A DNA stretch of 44,770 bases from a virus. Its lineage: Duplodnaviria > Caudoviricetes. The notes beneath the pieces were generated by a model. The model was given only the letters and a program-made list of their open reading frames with translations, did not search any database and was not told the origin of the DNA. The position numbers and the translations under genes are program-made. This document shows, piece by piece, positions 17,831-27,935 of this stretch. Every line of letters starts with the position of its first letter. The stretch's first letter is position 1. Location of the stretch: positions 1 through 44,770 of IMG/VR virus record IMGVR_UViG_3300043811_000019, one strand, 5' to 3'.

Positions 17831-20800
17831 TGGATCAAAACGCACTACCCCAAGAAGTTGAAACCACTCCTCCGCCGCAGGACGACGAAGCTTCTAAGAT
17901 CATGTCCTCATTGCCGGACCAGAATATTCCCAAAGCTCCGGTTCAAGGAATGGACGAGGGAGCGGCTATCATGGCCCAACTTCCCGATCAACCCGGACCC
18001 GCTGAGAAGTCGGTTCAATCAGTCCAACACCTAGACCCAGAAAAAGCATCAAAAGTCATACCCATATCGAAAGCCACTGGCAAACCACCGGCCTATGTTG
18101 ACCAAAACCTAGATGGATTCCAGAAAGCCCAGAAAGCCCCTGCCGGTTCAATGTTCCGTGACATCGAGGCCCAGTATCCAGGAACGGCGAAGTTCTTAGG
18201 CGACCCCGCCAACGCTGCGATAGCCCAGAACCATATCCAAGAACTGAAGGACACGGAGAGAGTGGGTCAAGCCCGAAGCACGATCAATGTCCTGAAAAAC
18301 CTAGTTACGTTGGGACTGGCTGGGAAAGAAGATGACCCAGTTTCAAACCTTTTGAACGTGGGTCTGGCTAGCCTTGGTTCTAATGTCGCCGGGTTTCCCG
18401 CCTATATGTACAACGAAATCTTCGGTGAGAAGAAGCCGGATGCCAATGGATTCATCGAGGGCGACGAATACAATTCCCCTGATACCTTTCAGCAGATTTC
18501 ACACGCCTTAAAGATTCCATCTACAGCCCCGGCTTGGCTTCAAGACAACGCCGTCAAGAAATATTTTGACGCACAGAAGCAAATGAGCACGGCCCAATCA
18601 GAGGCGCTTCAAGATCCTGTTGTCAGCAAATACGTCCAAGCCCTGGCCCATGGAAACCTAGCTCTTGCTGGAAATGAGAATTACGGGAAACTTGGGATAG
18701 CTTTAGGAGCCCAGACTATCGCGGGACTTCCTGGACTCTTGCCTCTTGCTGCCGGTCCTGAAATGGGTCCGGTCATCCTGGGTGGCACCCAAGCCTCGGA
18801 ATCTAACGCTGAAAACGTGGCTGCTGGAATGGAGGGGGGACAGGCCGCTGAAAACGCCCGGTTCAAGGGTTTGCTCAATGGAATCATGATGTACGAGGGA
18901 ACAGGTTCGGCAATTACCGGAACCCTAAAGCGAATCGCTGGAACGGCCGGCAAGGATGCGGCTGTAGAAACCGCCGTTCCAATGATCCAGCACATGGCCA
19001 AGAGCACCGGAATGGTTATGGGCCAGGGCGCCGCTACTTCTTTGGGAAACGACCTAATTGACAAGCTGACGGGCAAAAATAAGGACGCCATGGTAGGAGC
19101 CGGGGAACGGGCAGTTATTTCCGCCTTGGAAAGCGCACCACTTGGTATTGGCATCGGAGCCCTTGGCGGAATCCACGGAACGGACATTTCCAAGGTTCAA
19201 GCTACGACAGCCGGATTTTCCAAGATGCTCCACCAAGCTTTCGGGAAGGTTGCCGGGGACTCAAAACTGGCGCAACTTTCACCTGAGACTCAAGCCGCCC
19301 ATGCCGCCGAAGTTCACCCTGGACCCGGCTACATCCCTATCCAGGACTTTGACAGGCTTTTCCAGTCGAACAATAAAACAGGAGTCCAATCAGCCAAGGA
19401 TTTAGGGGTAAGCGATTCCTATGCCGAGGCGCAGGCCACGAGTGGCCATGTCGTCCTAACTCCTGAAATCCTCAACGAGTTGGCGGTTAAACAGCCTGAA
19501 GTCTACAAGGCCCTTGAGAACCATATTTCCTATTTCAAGAACGATGACGGGACAGTTTCACCGACGATCAACCAACTCAAGGAACAAACCGCCGCGCAAA
19601 TGGCTGAGGCCGAGAAAACGGTTAAACCCGGAGAAGAACAGCCCGAGGAAGAAACGAAAGGCATCTCCGGGGACATAGCCGACAAGTTGAAAGCCGTAGG
19701 GCAGCCCTCTTCATCCGCCGCACTATGGGGCAGGAACTTCGGGAATATGGCCCGGATGGCAGGAGTCAAAGCAAAGGATTTGTTTCAGAAGTACAACGTC
19801 ATGCTTTTCGGGCCTCGTGGGGAAGCCGCTGGCGCCCCAAGGGATACCCGCCTATCCATGGATATTCGCCGGGAAGCCTATGACAGGATGACACCGGAAG
19901 AACAAGCCAGCGTCTATCTGCACGACCCAATCACTGGAAACCTTAACGAGAAGGCTTTCAGGATGCTTCCCCCGGACCCAGAGAAACCCTTGGTCTATAA
20001 AATTGAATTCCCGGGTGGGAAAGCCCTCAACGATCAATTGCGGTATTCCGTGGCGGATGATGCTTATCGGCACGTGGGCCAAGCCTTGATGAAAGCCGAT
20101 CCCGAAGCCGCAAAGATCGGGACTGGTTTCTACGTCCGGGTGAAAGATGCCGCCCAAGGTGAAGCCATCCTGAAACAAGCACAAACCGCCATCCCCGAAA
20201 AGATGGATCTTGACGGGGAAGTCTTGAATGGGAAGGGCATGGAACTCTTGGGAGCCCCTGGAGAGAATACGGCCCAAGCGGATGAAGCCTTGCAGAAAGC
20301 CAAGACTCAGGCACCCAACTGGCCAAAACGTGGCGAATTACCCTCCAAGATGAGCGTTTTCCAGGGGGAAAAAGGCGTCAAGGCTTCAACCCTCAAGGCA
20401 CCCCTGAGCGACCATTTAAAGGCCCAAGAAGCCCTAATCCCCCGGGACCAGGCTTTCAGGGAAGCCCACACCGACCGGGATATGAATATCCCAAACCGGA
20501 CCTATTGGGACAACATCCCCAAGAAGGCCCACGCTTCTGCCATGGATGTCAAAAAGTTAAGCGAGTTGAACGGGAAGTATGGACGGGAGGCGATTGACCA
20601 TCTTTTCCGGGCCATGGGCGACTACATACGAGACTTACAGGCTTTTGAGGGATTGGAGGACATTGACGTAGCTCGAACAGGGGGTGACGAATTTCGAGCA
20701 CAGAGTAACGACCCGAAGGCTCTCCAGGATTTTTGGCTTGAACTTGGAAAGCGTCTGCAAGAGAATGAAAGTGTACCAGATGAGAACGGAAACATTCAGA

Positions 20801-23800
20801 CCGTCCACGGCGGTTTGAACATCCGAGTAGCCCTGGGGGTCAACGATGCCAATTCAGATTTCAACCTCAAGTTCGCCAAGCAATACGAAAACCGACCAGT
20901 CACAGAGCACCCCGCTAACTTTCGCCGGATGGAACGATATGCTGGAGAAGGGTCCAAAGAATCTGGACTTCAACACCCTGCGCGTAGTGAGGAACGGTAT
21001 AGTAACCTATACACCCCAGATGACACCGCAGGAGCGTTTGGAGGCGGTGGCGAAGGCGTTCCCGGACAAGCGCCGGAAAACCGCAACCCCCTCAAACTCC
21101 TAAACCTCAAAAAATTAAAACTCTATCTTTCCCCGAATGAGGATGGGCCAACCATCCGCCATCAGTTGCAAAGCCTCGGATTTAAAATCACCGATAACAA
21201 ATCCAAATCCAACACGACCATTGAAGGCGTAGCGCATAAGCTCGCGGAACTCCGTCACACGCAATCCATCGACCGCCATCCCGATCTAGACAAAATCGTC
21301 GAGGAAGGTTCGGAGGTTCCAAGGCCAGCCGCTACCCCTGAGAACATTCTGGACTATCTGAGGAACTTCCAAGGCGACAGGCTTTTCCAATCCTCGAAAC
21401 AAACCGAAACCCCTGAGTTTAAAAACTGGTTTGGAAAATCAAAGATCGTAGACAAAGAAGGAAAACCTTTAAAAGTATTTCATGGCACCGTTGCGCCAGA
21501 GGATTTTACGGAATTTTCTGTAGGTGAACCGCAACCAAAAGAAGATGATGAATTTAATAGACTTGGAAGCGGTGGCGATCCAACCACATACTTAGGGAGC
21601 CATTTCACTGAAAGAACCCAAGTAGCCAATGAATTCGCAAAGGGTTTGTATGGGGAACGCGAAGGACAAAAAAAAGGTGGCCGGGTTTATCCTGTTTTTT
21701 TGAAAATAGAAAATCCTTTTAAAACAAATGAAGGAACGATGCAAGTTGAAATGTTAAAGGGCAATTACAATGATCCTGATATTGAAGCGATTTTAGAGGA
21801 CCACGCTTATGACGAAAAAAAAGAAATGGACGAGTTGGCCGAAAGATACGACAAGGATGAGACATTCCGAAAACAAATAAATGCCGAGGCTTTGGATGCA
21901 CAAGCCAGGGCAGATGAACCGGGAACAGACTTAGCGCAAGAAATGGCCAGAAGGTATAGGGAATTACTTGAAGAAAAAGGCCATGATGGAATTATTTATC
22001 ACAACGATGTAGAAGGTGGAACATCTTATGTGGCCTTTAAACCAGAACAAATTAAATCCGCCATCGGCAACCAAGGCACCTTTGACCCCAACAATCCCAA
22101 CATCTTAAAGCAGGGCGAGCGCGGTGAAAGCCAATTTTCCAACCAAGACAAAGACATCAACGTCATCTTCAACAAAAACGCCGACCCTTCCACGGCCATC
22201 CATGAGGGAGCCCACGTATTCCTTCGGGTCTTCAAAGCGCTCGCCTTAGATGCCAAGACCAACACGCCGGAAATCCAAGAGATGACTTCCATCCTGCACA
22301 AATGGTTCGGGATCAAGGATTGGTCCGAAATGACCAAGGCCCATGAGGAAATGTACGCCAAGGGATACGAGCAATACCTGAGAGATGGAAAGACGGCGGG
22401 ACTCTACGGGAAGGACCGGAAGATTTTCCAACGCTTCACTGACTGGCTGGTGAAGGTTTACAAGAAGGCCACTGACTTAGGAGTGAACGTCACGCCGGAG
22501 ATGAAAGGATTCTTTGACCGGGTGACGGCCAGTAAAGAGGAGATTGACCTGGCCGCACTTGATACCGGATTCAAACTTGATCCCGTTCCGGGCGAGTCTC
22601 CCGAAGTCACGAAGGCCAAAGAAGAAGTCCGAGCCAAGGCGATGGAAGAACTCAACAAACAGCAAATGGTTGAGGTTAGCCGTAAGCACTTGGAAGAACT
22701 GGAAAAGTTCAAGGCCGATGCCACCAAGAAATCCACGGAGAAGGTTGAGGCCATGCCGTTGTTCAAGGCCGAGTCCGATCTTGCTACCCGCATTGGAACC
22801 CGTGAGGCTGTCGCCAAACTCGCCAAGAAAGTTTCGGAGGGAAAAGGAACAGACGAGCAGAAGACGGCCTTTGAGGTTGCCAACGAGCAAATGGGAGACT
22901 CCTCTTTCTCAAGCGGGAAGGCACTAGCCAAAGCCATCCACGAAGCCTCGATCAACGATACCAAGCAAGCCTTCATCGACAAGGAAACCCAGAAGGCGAT
23001 GGAACCCTATCAGCCCATGAAGGACAAAGCCGACTTCAAGGATAAAGCCTTGGAAGCTCTTCACCATGGGGACGTGGTGGACCTCTTAGCTTTGGAACAC
23101 GAAAGCCTTCCCGACCTCTTGAAGAAAGTCAGCCAGACCAAGGAAGCCGCGAAAGCCTATGACGAAATGATTAAGAACGAAAAGCGAGTCCAAGAACTTC
23201 GGGACTTGGCCGACAAGGTTGGAGAGCTACCCAAGCAGGACCAAAAGGAACTGGACGACCTCTTGAAGAAAGTTCAAACCGCGAGGAAAGAAACTTCTCA
23301 GGCGAATAAAGAAGCCGCCTATGCCAGGGCAGCCGAGGCCAAACGGCAAGCCAAGGTCATCCTTGACCAAAAGAGCGCCAAGGACGCATCCAACTGGCGG
23401 ACCTATATTTCCCAAGCCCGTAATGCCGCCATGAAATTCTCTGCCGCATTGAAAGACAAGAACCTGGACGCCATGAAGAACTTCAAGGTTCAAGAGATGC
23501 TTAACCGGGCTCTTGCCTCAGAAGCTTTCAAGAACAAGTCCGAAGCCCAGAGAAAAATGAAGTACATGGACAAACTGGCTGACCGTGGAAACAGCCTTCT
23601 TGATATGGCCTATGGGCACGTCCGACAAATGGACAAACTCTTGGAGTTGAACGGCATCAAGGAAAAAGTACCCGAGCAGGATGGGGTACTCTGGGTCATG
23701 GCCGAGAAGATGGAGGGCGAGAAGAAAAGCAAGGACGAGATCGCGGACGCCACGGGATTCTTCCGGGACGATTCGGGAGCGTGGCAACAAGAGAACCTTC

Positions 23801-26094
23801 CCCAATTCCTGGACCGGGTTGATTCCAACGTCTGGCGGTTAAAGGAACTTATCGCACCCTCGGTTATGGGAGCCAACCCCAAGAGTCCTGAGACGATGAC
23901 AATGGGAGAACTCAGGGAACTCCATCAAGCCATCAAAGCCATTGTCCACATGGGCCGCAAGAATGACCGGATGTTTGATGAGAGCGTCAAGAAAGGGATT
24001 ATTGATTCGTGCGCGGATGCCAGGGCTTCCATCGAGTCCAAGATCGGGGCACCTTACGCCGAGGACAAGAAGTACGGGAAGAAGGACGCCAACTTTGCCA
24101 AGGCTGGAGCCGAAGCGATTTTGAACCTTCCCACCAAGGGAATCCCGATGCTGTCAAACGTACTGACCCTTTGCAAGTACCTTGACCAAGGGGAAGACGG
24201 GCCGATGCACCGTTTGGTTTACCGGATTATGAAGCATGGGGAAGACGAGGAAATCAAACTCCATGAGAAATACGGCAAGGACTACCAAGACATCGTGGAC
24301 AAACATTACTCCTGGGCCGAGACGGAGAAGAACCGGTTTTTCAACCTTCCAGCCTTCGACGAATACCCCGGACGAAGGTTCACCAAATCCGAGATCATCA
24401 ACATGGCCGCGAACATGGGGAACGATACTAACTTCCAAAGGCTCGTTGACAGTTTCCATCTAACCCGAGAAAAACTCAGGGCCATGGTGGATAAGCACAT
24501 GACGAAGAACGATTGGGATTTCGTGCAAGCCCGTGGGGACTTCCTCAAGAAGATGTGGCCTGATATTGTGCGCCAAAAGATGGAAGTGAACGGGGTTGAG
24601 CCAGTGGCCGTTGAGCCGACTCCGGTTCAAACCAAATTCGGGGAATATCCGGGATGGTATCACCCCATTGACTACGACCCAGAGAAATCCTCGCAAGCCT
24701 TCAAGAACGATATTCAACGGGCCGAGGAATGGAAGTCATCTTCCCCGACAGCGGGGTACACCCAAAGCGGGTTTACCAAGACACGGGTAAAGAAGGTTAT
24801 GGACCGGCCAATGCGCCTAACGGATGACGTGATTTCAAACCACGTCCGGGACGTGATCCATAACCAAGCCTATCAAAAGCCTGTCATTGACGTTCTAAGG
24901 GTGCTGAAAAATTCCGATATGAAACAAGCCTTAGAGAATGCCTTGGGAGTCAAGGGAGCCAAGTCTTTCAACGATTGGGTGCAATACCTTGGGGCGCCCG
25001 AGGCCAAACAATCCAGTGGATGGGAGAAGGCCGCGAGATATACCCGCGTAGGATTCATTTTCTCGAAGGTGGCTTTCCGGCCCATCATGGTTCCAAGGAA
25101 ATACGCGGCTGATACCGTGAACGTCCTAAGTGAACTCGGTGGTGGAAACTCGGCGGTAGGCGCGGCTAAATGGGCAACAGCCTGCAAGGACTTTTACCTA
25201 GACCGAAAGAACATCAGCGACTTTTGCCGGCAAGACCCTCAAATGGCAAAGCGCATGAGCGGCAACATCAACTTCGACATCAACGACATCACCAAGAACC
25301 TGAGCCCAGCTATGAAGAAGGTCGCAACCTTCTCTTTCGTGGCGGAACGGTTGGCGGATAACAACGTAGCTCCTCCGCTTTACTGGCATGTTTACCAGGC
25401 CAATGTCGCTGAGAAAGGCCCACAAGTTGCGAGGGACATGGCTTGGGAGTCGGTAGCCCGGACCCTGGGAACAGGCTCAAAATTGGAGCATGTGGGCATC
25501 CAAAGGGGTGATGAATTCCACAAGCTACTCGCCCCGGCCTATTCCTTCCAGTCTGCGGTTTATAACCGTTTCTGGGCAAAGTACAAGGATGCGGGAGTCC
25601 AATTCAGGGCACAGAACCGTGGAGGGGCAATCCTGACGGTAGCTGGCGCCATGGTTCAAGTAGGATTAATCGGGGGGATAGACGGCCTTACCCTGGCCTT
25701 TTTCCACAACGCCATGCAACAGAACGATGAGGAAAAGAAAAAGAGTCTTGCTGGAGACTTGATAGCCGCACCCTTCAAAATGATCCCTGGAGTGGGGCAA
25801 ATCGCCCAATACGGGATAGATAGGGCCATGGGGGAGAACTGGGCGGATATGCACATAACTCCGCTGGATACCGCAGCTTCCATCCTCATGCAGCCCTTCA
25901 TTGACCAATCCAACGTGCTTTTCAGGGGTGGGGAAGAAGATGAGAAAGTGGCGGAGGACATCAGCAAAGCCTTTGAAATGACGGGTATGTACCCCAGTCT
26001 CTTGAATACTTGGATTTTCAACTATGTGGATTTCCTTAACGAAAATGGTGAAGCCACTTGGCGTGATTTGGTGACAAGGCGCACGAAGAACTGA
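17830..26094 (+). CDS. Giant ejection/polyvalent protein (2754 aa) with degenerate GGDEF + GGDEF, ADP-ribosyltransferase-like and zincin (HExxH) domains
   Basis: ARTGGDEF (GGDEF at 20680-20694); TPEFKNWFGKSK...VFHGT...VYPVFL.IENP...GHDGII...AFKPEQIKS at ~21400-22110; HEGAH at 22201; C-terminal GEYPGWYHPIDYDP typical of BPP-1-like large virion proteins. Confidence 0.88.
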   Translation: MDQNALPQEVETTPPPQDDEASKIMSSLPDQNIPKAPVQGMDEGAAIMAQLPDQPGPAEKSVQSVQHLDPEKASKVIPISKATGKPPAYVDQNLDGFQKAQKAPAGSMFRDIEAQYPGTAKFLGDPANAAIAQNHIQELKDTERVGQARSTINVLKNLVTLGLAGKEDDPVSNLLNVGLASLGSNVAGFPAYMYNEIFGEKKPDANGFIEGDEYNSPDTFQQISHALKIPSTAPAWLQDNAVKKYFDAQKQMSTAQSEALQDPVVSKYVQALAHGNLALAGNENYGKLGIALGAQTIAGLPGLLPLAAGPEMGPVILGGTQASESNAENVAAGMEGGQAAENARFKGLLNGIMMYEGTGSAITGTLKRIAGTAGKDAAVETAVPMIQHMAKSTGMVMGQGAATSLGNDLIDKLTGKNKDAMVGAGERAVISALESAPLGIGIGALGGIHGTDISKVQATTAGFSKMLHQAFGKVAGDSKLAQLSPETQAAHAAEVHPGPGYIPIQDFDRLFQSNNKTGVQSAKDLGVSDSYAEAQATSGHVVLTPEILNELAVKQPEVYKALENHISYFKNDDGTVSPTINQLKEQTAAQMAEAEKTVKPGEEQPEEETKGISGDIADKLKAVGQPSSSAALWGRNFGNMARMAGVKAKDLFQKYNVMLFGPRGEAAGAPRDTRLSMDIRREAYDRMTPEEQASVYLHDPITGNLNEKAFRMLPPDPEKPLVYKIEFPGGKALNDQLRYSVADDAYRHVGQALMKADPEAAKIGTGFYVRVKDAAQGEAILKQAQTAIPEKMDLDGEVLNGKGMELLGAPGENTAQADEALQKAKTQAPNWPKRGELPSKMSVFQGEKGVKASTLKAPLSDHLKAQEALIPRDQAFREAHTDRDMNIPNRTYWDNIPKKAHASAMDVKKLSELNGKYGREAIDHLFRAMGDYIRDLQAFEGLEDIDVARTGGDEFRAQSNDPKALQDFWLELGKRLQENESVPDENGNIQTVHGGLNIRVALGVNDANSDFNLKFAKQYENRPVTEHPANFRRMERYAGEGSKESGLQHPARSEERYSNLYTPDDTAGAFGGGGEGVPGQAPENRNPLKLLNLKKLKLYLSPNEDGPTIRHQLQSLGFKITDNKSKSNTTIEGVAHKLAELRHTQSIDRHPDLDKIVEEGSEVPRPAATPENILDYLRNFQGDRLFQSSKQTETPEFKNWFGKSKIVDKEGKPLKVFHGTVAPEDFTEFSVGEPQPKEDDEFNRLGSGGDPTTYLGSHFTERTQVANEFAKGLYGEREGQKKGGRVYPVFLKIENPFKTNEGTMQVEMLKGNYNDPDIEAILEDHAYDEKKEMDELAERYDKDETFRKQINAEALDAQARADEPGTDLAQEMARRYRELLEEKGHDGIIYHNDVEGGTSYVAFKPEQIKSAIGNQGTFDPNNPNILKQGERGESQFSNQDKDINVIFNKNADPSTAIHEGAHVFLRVFKALALDAKTNTPEIQEMTSILHKWFGIKDWSEMTKAHEEMYAKGYEQYLRDGKTAGLYGKDRKIFQRFTDWLVKVYKKATDLGVNVTPEMKGFFDRVTASKEEIDLAALDTGFKLDPVPGESPEVTKAKEEVRAKAMEELNKQQMVEVSRKHLEELEKFKADATKKSTEKVEAMPLFKAESDLATRIGTREAVAKLAKKVSEGKGTDEQKTAFEVANEQMGDSSFSSGKALAKAIHEASINDTKQAFIDKETQKAMEPYQPMKDKADFKDKALEALHHGDVVDLLALEHESLPDLLKKVSQTKEAAKAYDEMIKNEKRVQELRDLADKVGELPKQDQKELDDLLKKVQTARKETSQANKEAAYARAAEAKRQAKVILDQKSAKDASNWRTYISQARNAAMKFSAALKDKNLDAMKNFKVQEMLNRALASEAFKNKSEAQRKMKYMDKLADRGNSLLDMAYGHVRQMDKLLELNGIKEKVPEQDGVLWVMAEKMEGEKKSKDEIADATGFFRDDSGAWQQENLPQFLDRVDSNVWRLKELIAPSVMGANPKSPETMTMGELRELHQAIKAIVHMGRKNDRMFDESVKKGIIDSCADARASIESKIGAPYAEDKKYGKKDANFAKAGAEAILNLPTKGIPMLSNVLTLCKYLDQGEDGPMHRLVYRIMKHGEDEEIKLHEKYGKDYQDIVDKHYSWAETEKNRFFNLPAFDEYPGRRFTKSEIINMAANMGNDTNFQRLVDSFHLTREKLRAMVDKHMTKNDWDFVQARGDFLKKMWPDIVRQKMEVNGVEPVAVEPTPVQTKFGEYPGWYHPIDYDPEKSSQAFKNDIQRAEEWKSSSPTAGYTQSGFTKTRVKKVMDRPMRLTDDVISNHVRDVIHNQAYQKPVIDVLRVLKNSDMKQALENALGVKGAKSFNDWVQYLGAPEAKQSSGWEKAARYTRVGFIFSKVAFRPIMVPRKYAADTVNVLSELGGGNSAVGAAKWATACKDFYLDRKNISDFCRQDPQMAKRMSGNINFDINDITKNLSPAMKKVATFSFVAERLADNNVAPPLYWHVYQANVAEKGPQVARDMAWESVARTLGTGSKLEHVGIQRGDEFHKLLAPAYSFQSAVYNRFWAKYKDAGVQFRAQNRGGAILTVAGAMVQVGLIGGIDGLTLAFFHNAMQQNDEEKKKSLAGDLIAAPFKMIPGVGQIAQYGIDRAMGENWADMHITPLDTAASILMQPFIDQSNVLFRGGEEDEKVAEDISKAFEMTGMYPSLLNTWIFNYVDFLNENGEATWRDLVTRRTKN
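20939..21103 (+). CDS. Candidate nested out-of-frame (+1) gene, 54 aa, inside the giant protein gene
   Basis: MLEKGPKNLDFNTLRVVRNGIVTYTPQMTPQERLEAVAKAFPDKRRK...; G/C-ending codons dominate in this frame while the main frame reads as a low-complexity linker; only a weak GGA RBS. Confidence 0.5.
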   Translation: MLEKGPKNLDFNTLRVVRNGIVTYTPQMTPQERLEAVAKAFPDKRRKTATPSNS

Positions 26095-26098
26095 AAGG

Positions 26099-26129
26099 TT
26101 GACAAGTCGAATAGTTTTAGGTCTATAAT
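26099..26129 (+). promoter_or_regulatory. Promoter with consensus hexamers and a 19-bp spacer
   Basis: TTGACA (26099-26104), 19 nt, TATAAT (26124-26129). Confidence 0.65.
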
Positions 26130-26207
26130 GCTGTAAATCAGGGACCGCCGCACATGGCCTCCCCTCAGCGGATCGCTTCTTAAAGCCTCCGACTCAAAGG
26201 AGCGAAC

Positions 26208-27236
26208 GTGCGGAAAATTCTTTTGGGCCTGATTTTGTTCCTCGGATTCTTTTCAAATTCCTTCGCCACTCAGCTCGGCCTCTGGACTCCTACAGCCACT
26301 TACACCTCCACCCCGTCTTATACCCCGACAGCCACCTACACTCCGACTGCGACATTTACGGGAACCATCAGCGTTTGGCAAACTGCTTTGGCGACTACCT
26401 TCACTCCCACGGCTACCTATACCCCAACTTCCAGTTACACGCCGACAAGCACCTACACTCCCACTCCTTTTAAAACAGCCCTAGCTATCGGCAATTACTC
26501 GAACAATGTCAGTGTCATTACGATTCCAACAACTCAGATGACGACCATTCCAGACCCGGCGAATGTCGGTCAGTATCACATGTGGTTCTGGCGTGGAGAC
26601 GTTTATCCAAACGGCCCGATTGGTTGGGATTCAACACTGGACAGCCGCGTGATTTTGGCTAAGGGCCCAGTAACTTTCAGGAACCCCGAGACGGGTGGAG
26701 TAGTTGTCCTGAGTAATTACCAGATTGCCGTCTCAGCGACCAAACAACGGGGATATATCACCAAGAACCATCCCGGCCACACATCTCCCCCGAGTGCTCC
26801 AATTACTTTTATCTCTCAGGGCCAACGTTCATACTTGAATTACGTGACTGGGTTGGCCACCTTCACGCCAACGAATACTCTTTCCCCGACCCCGACCTAC
26901 ACGGCAACTCCGACTTACACGGGTACAATTTCAGTTTGGGAAACAGCTATCACGAGCTACACGGCGACGCCTACCTACACCTTTACTCCGACATTGACCC
27001 CGACTTTCAACGCTACCGCGACCTACACCCCGACTCCTACTTACACTTCAACTTCAACTTATACGCCGACTTCCACCTACACCCCAACCGCGACATTGCC
27101 GGCTGGCACAAATACTTTCACACCGGTAAACACCGCCACCAACACCAACACTTACACTCCAACACTTTCCTACACTCCAACGCCGACCTATACACCAACC
27201 CCAACCTTTACTCCAACTAATACGCCATCGAATTAA
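26208..27236 (+). CDS. Signal-peptide-bearing protein with two YTPTxT-repeat arms flanking a small globular domain
   Basis: AAGGAG RBS; MRKILLGLILFLGFFSNSFA signal peptide; hexapeptide (Y/F)TPT(A/S/P)T repeats; duplicated TGTISVW(Q/E)TA. Confidence 0.85.
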   Translation: MRKILLGLILFLGFFSNSFATQLGLWTPTATYTSTPSYTPTATYTPTATFTGTISVWQTALATTFTPTATYTPTSSYTPTSTYTPTPFKTALAIGNYSNNVSVITIPTTQMTTIPDPANVGQYHMWFWRGDVYPNGPIGWDSTLDSRVILAKGPVTFRNPETGGVVVLSNYQIAVSATKQRGYITKNHPGHTSPPSAPITFISQGQRSYLNYVTGLATFTPTNTLSPTPTYTATPTYTGTISVWETAITSYTATPTYTFTPTLTPTFNATATYTPTPTYTSTSTYTPTSTYTPTATLPAGTNTFTPVNTATNTNTYTPTLSYTPTPTYTPTPTFTPTNTPSN

Positions 27237-27935
27237 ATGACCATTCCAGCGGGAACGCCCAACCGGAACGATTATGTTGGGAACGATTCACTTTCGATTT
27301 ATTCCTTTACGTTCCCCATCCAGGACGAAACCCAACTCAAGGTTTGGGTGGTCAATGAATCCACTGGAACTTGGAAGAACGGAGGTAACTCAGATGGTAG
27401 CCTGATATTCGATACCGACTACACGGTGCAAGGTGAGGGAAATCCAACAGGTGGCGTGATCGAACTGGTGAACAATTCCCAGGCTTGGTTGGACCCGAAC
27501 ACCGGATTCTTGAATACGGGATGGAACATCGTGATTCGGATGTACCCGGGACTCTCGCAGGGAACGAGTTTCGGGAATGGTGGGCCGATGTATGAGGAGG
27601 CTTTGGACGCCTTGGCTGATACCTTGACGATGCAGGACTTGGAGCAACAGGACGAGATTGACCGGTCCATCAAGATCCCGCCCACGGAGAACCCGGCGAA
27701 CTTCTCTTTGATTGTTCCATCTGCGGCTGAGAGGGCTTTAACAAACCTTGGATTTGACTCGAACGGAAATGTTATTTGTTCCGCGTTTCAGGCAATCCCG
27801 TTGTTGACAGGTTACGCTTTCGCCTCTTTACCGGCGCAATCTTCTCCGATGTTCGCCCAATGCACGGATGGACCGTTGGCATTCTACGACACGGTTCTTG
27901 GAAGTTGGCAGAAAGTGAGTTTGGTGGGACCATGA
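27237..27935 (+). CDS. Short tail-fibre base protein (T7 gp17 N-terminal-like attachment domain, no long receptor-binding domain)
   Basis: Y.GN.....YSFTFPI.....L.V, DYTV.G...GG and D.LTM...EQ.....RS.K motifs; only 232 aa. Confidence 0.8.
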   Translation: MTIPAGTPNRNDYVGNDSLSIYSFTFPIQDETQLKVWVVNESTGTWKNGGNSDGSLIFDTDYTVQGEGNPTGGVIELVNNSQAWLDPNTGFLNTGWNIVIRMYPGLSQGTSFGNGGPMYEEALDALADTLTMQDLEQQDEIDRSIKIPPTENPANFSLIVPSAAERALTNLGFDSNGNVICSAFQAIPLLTGYAFASLPAQSSPMFAQCTDGPLAFYDTVLGSWQKVSLVGP

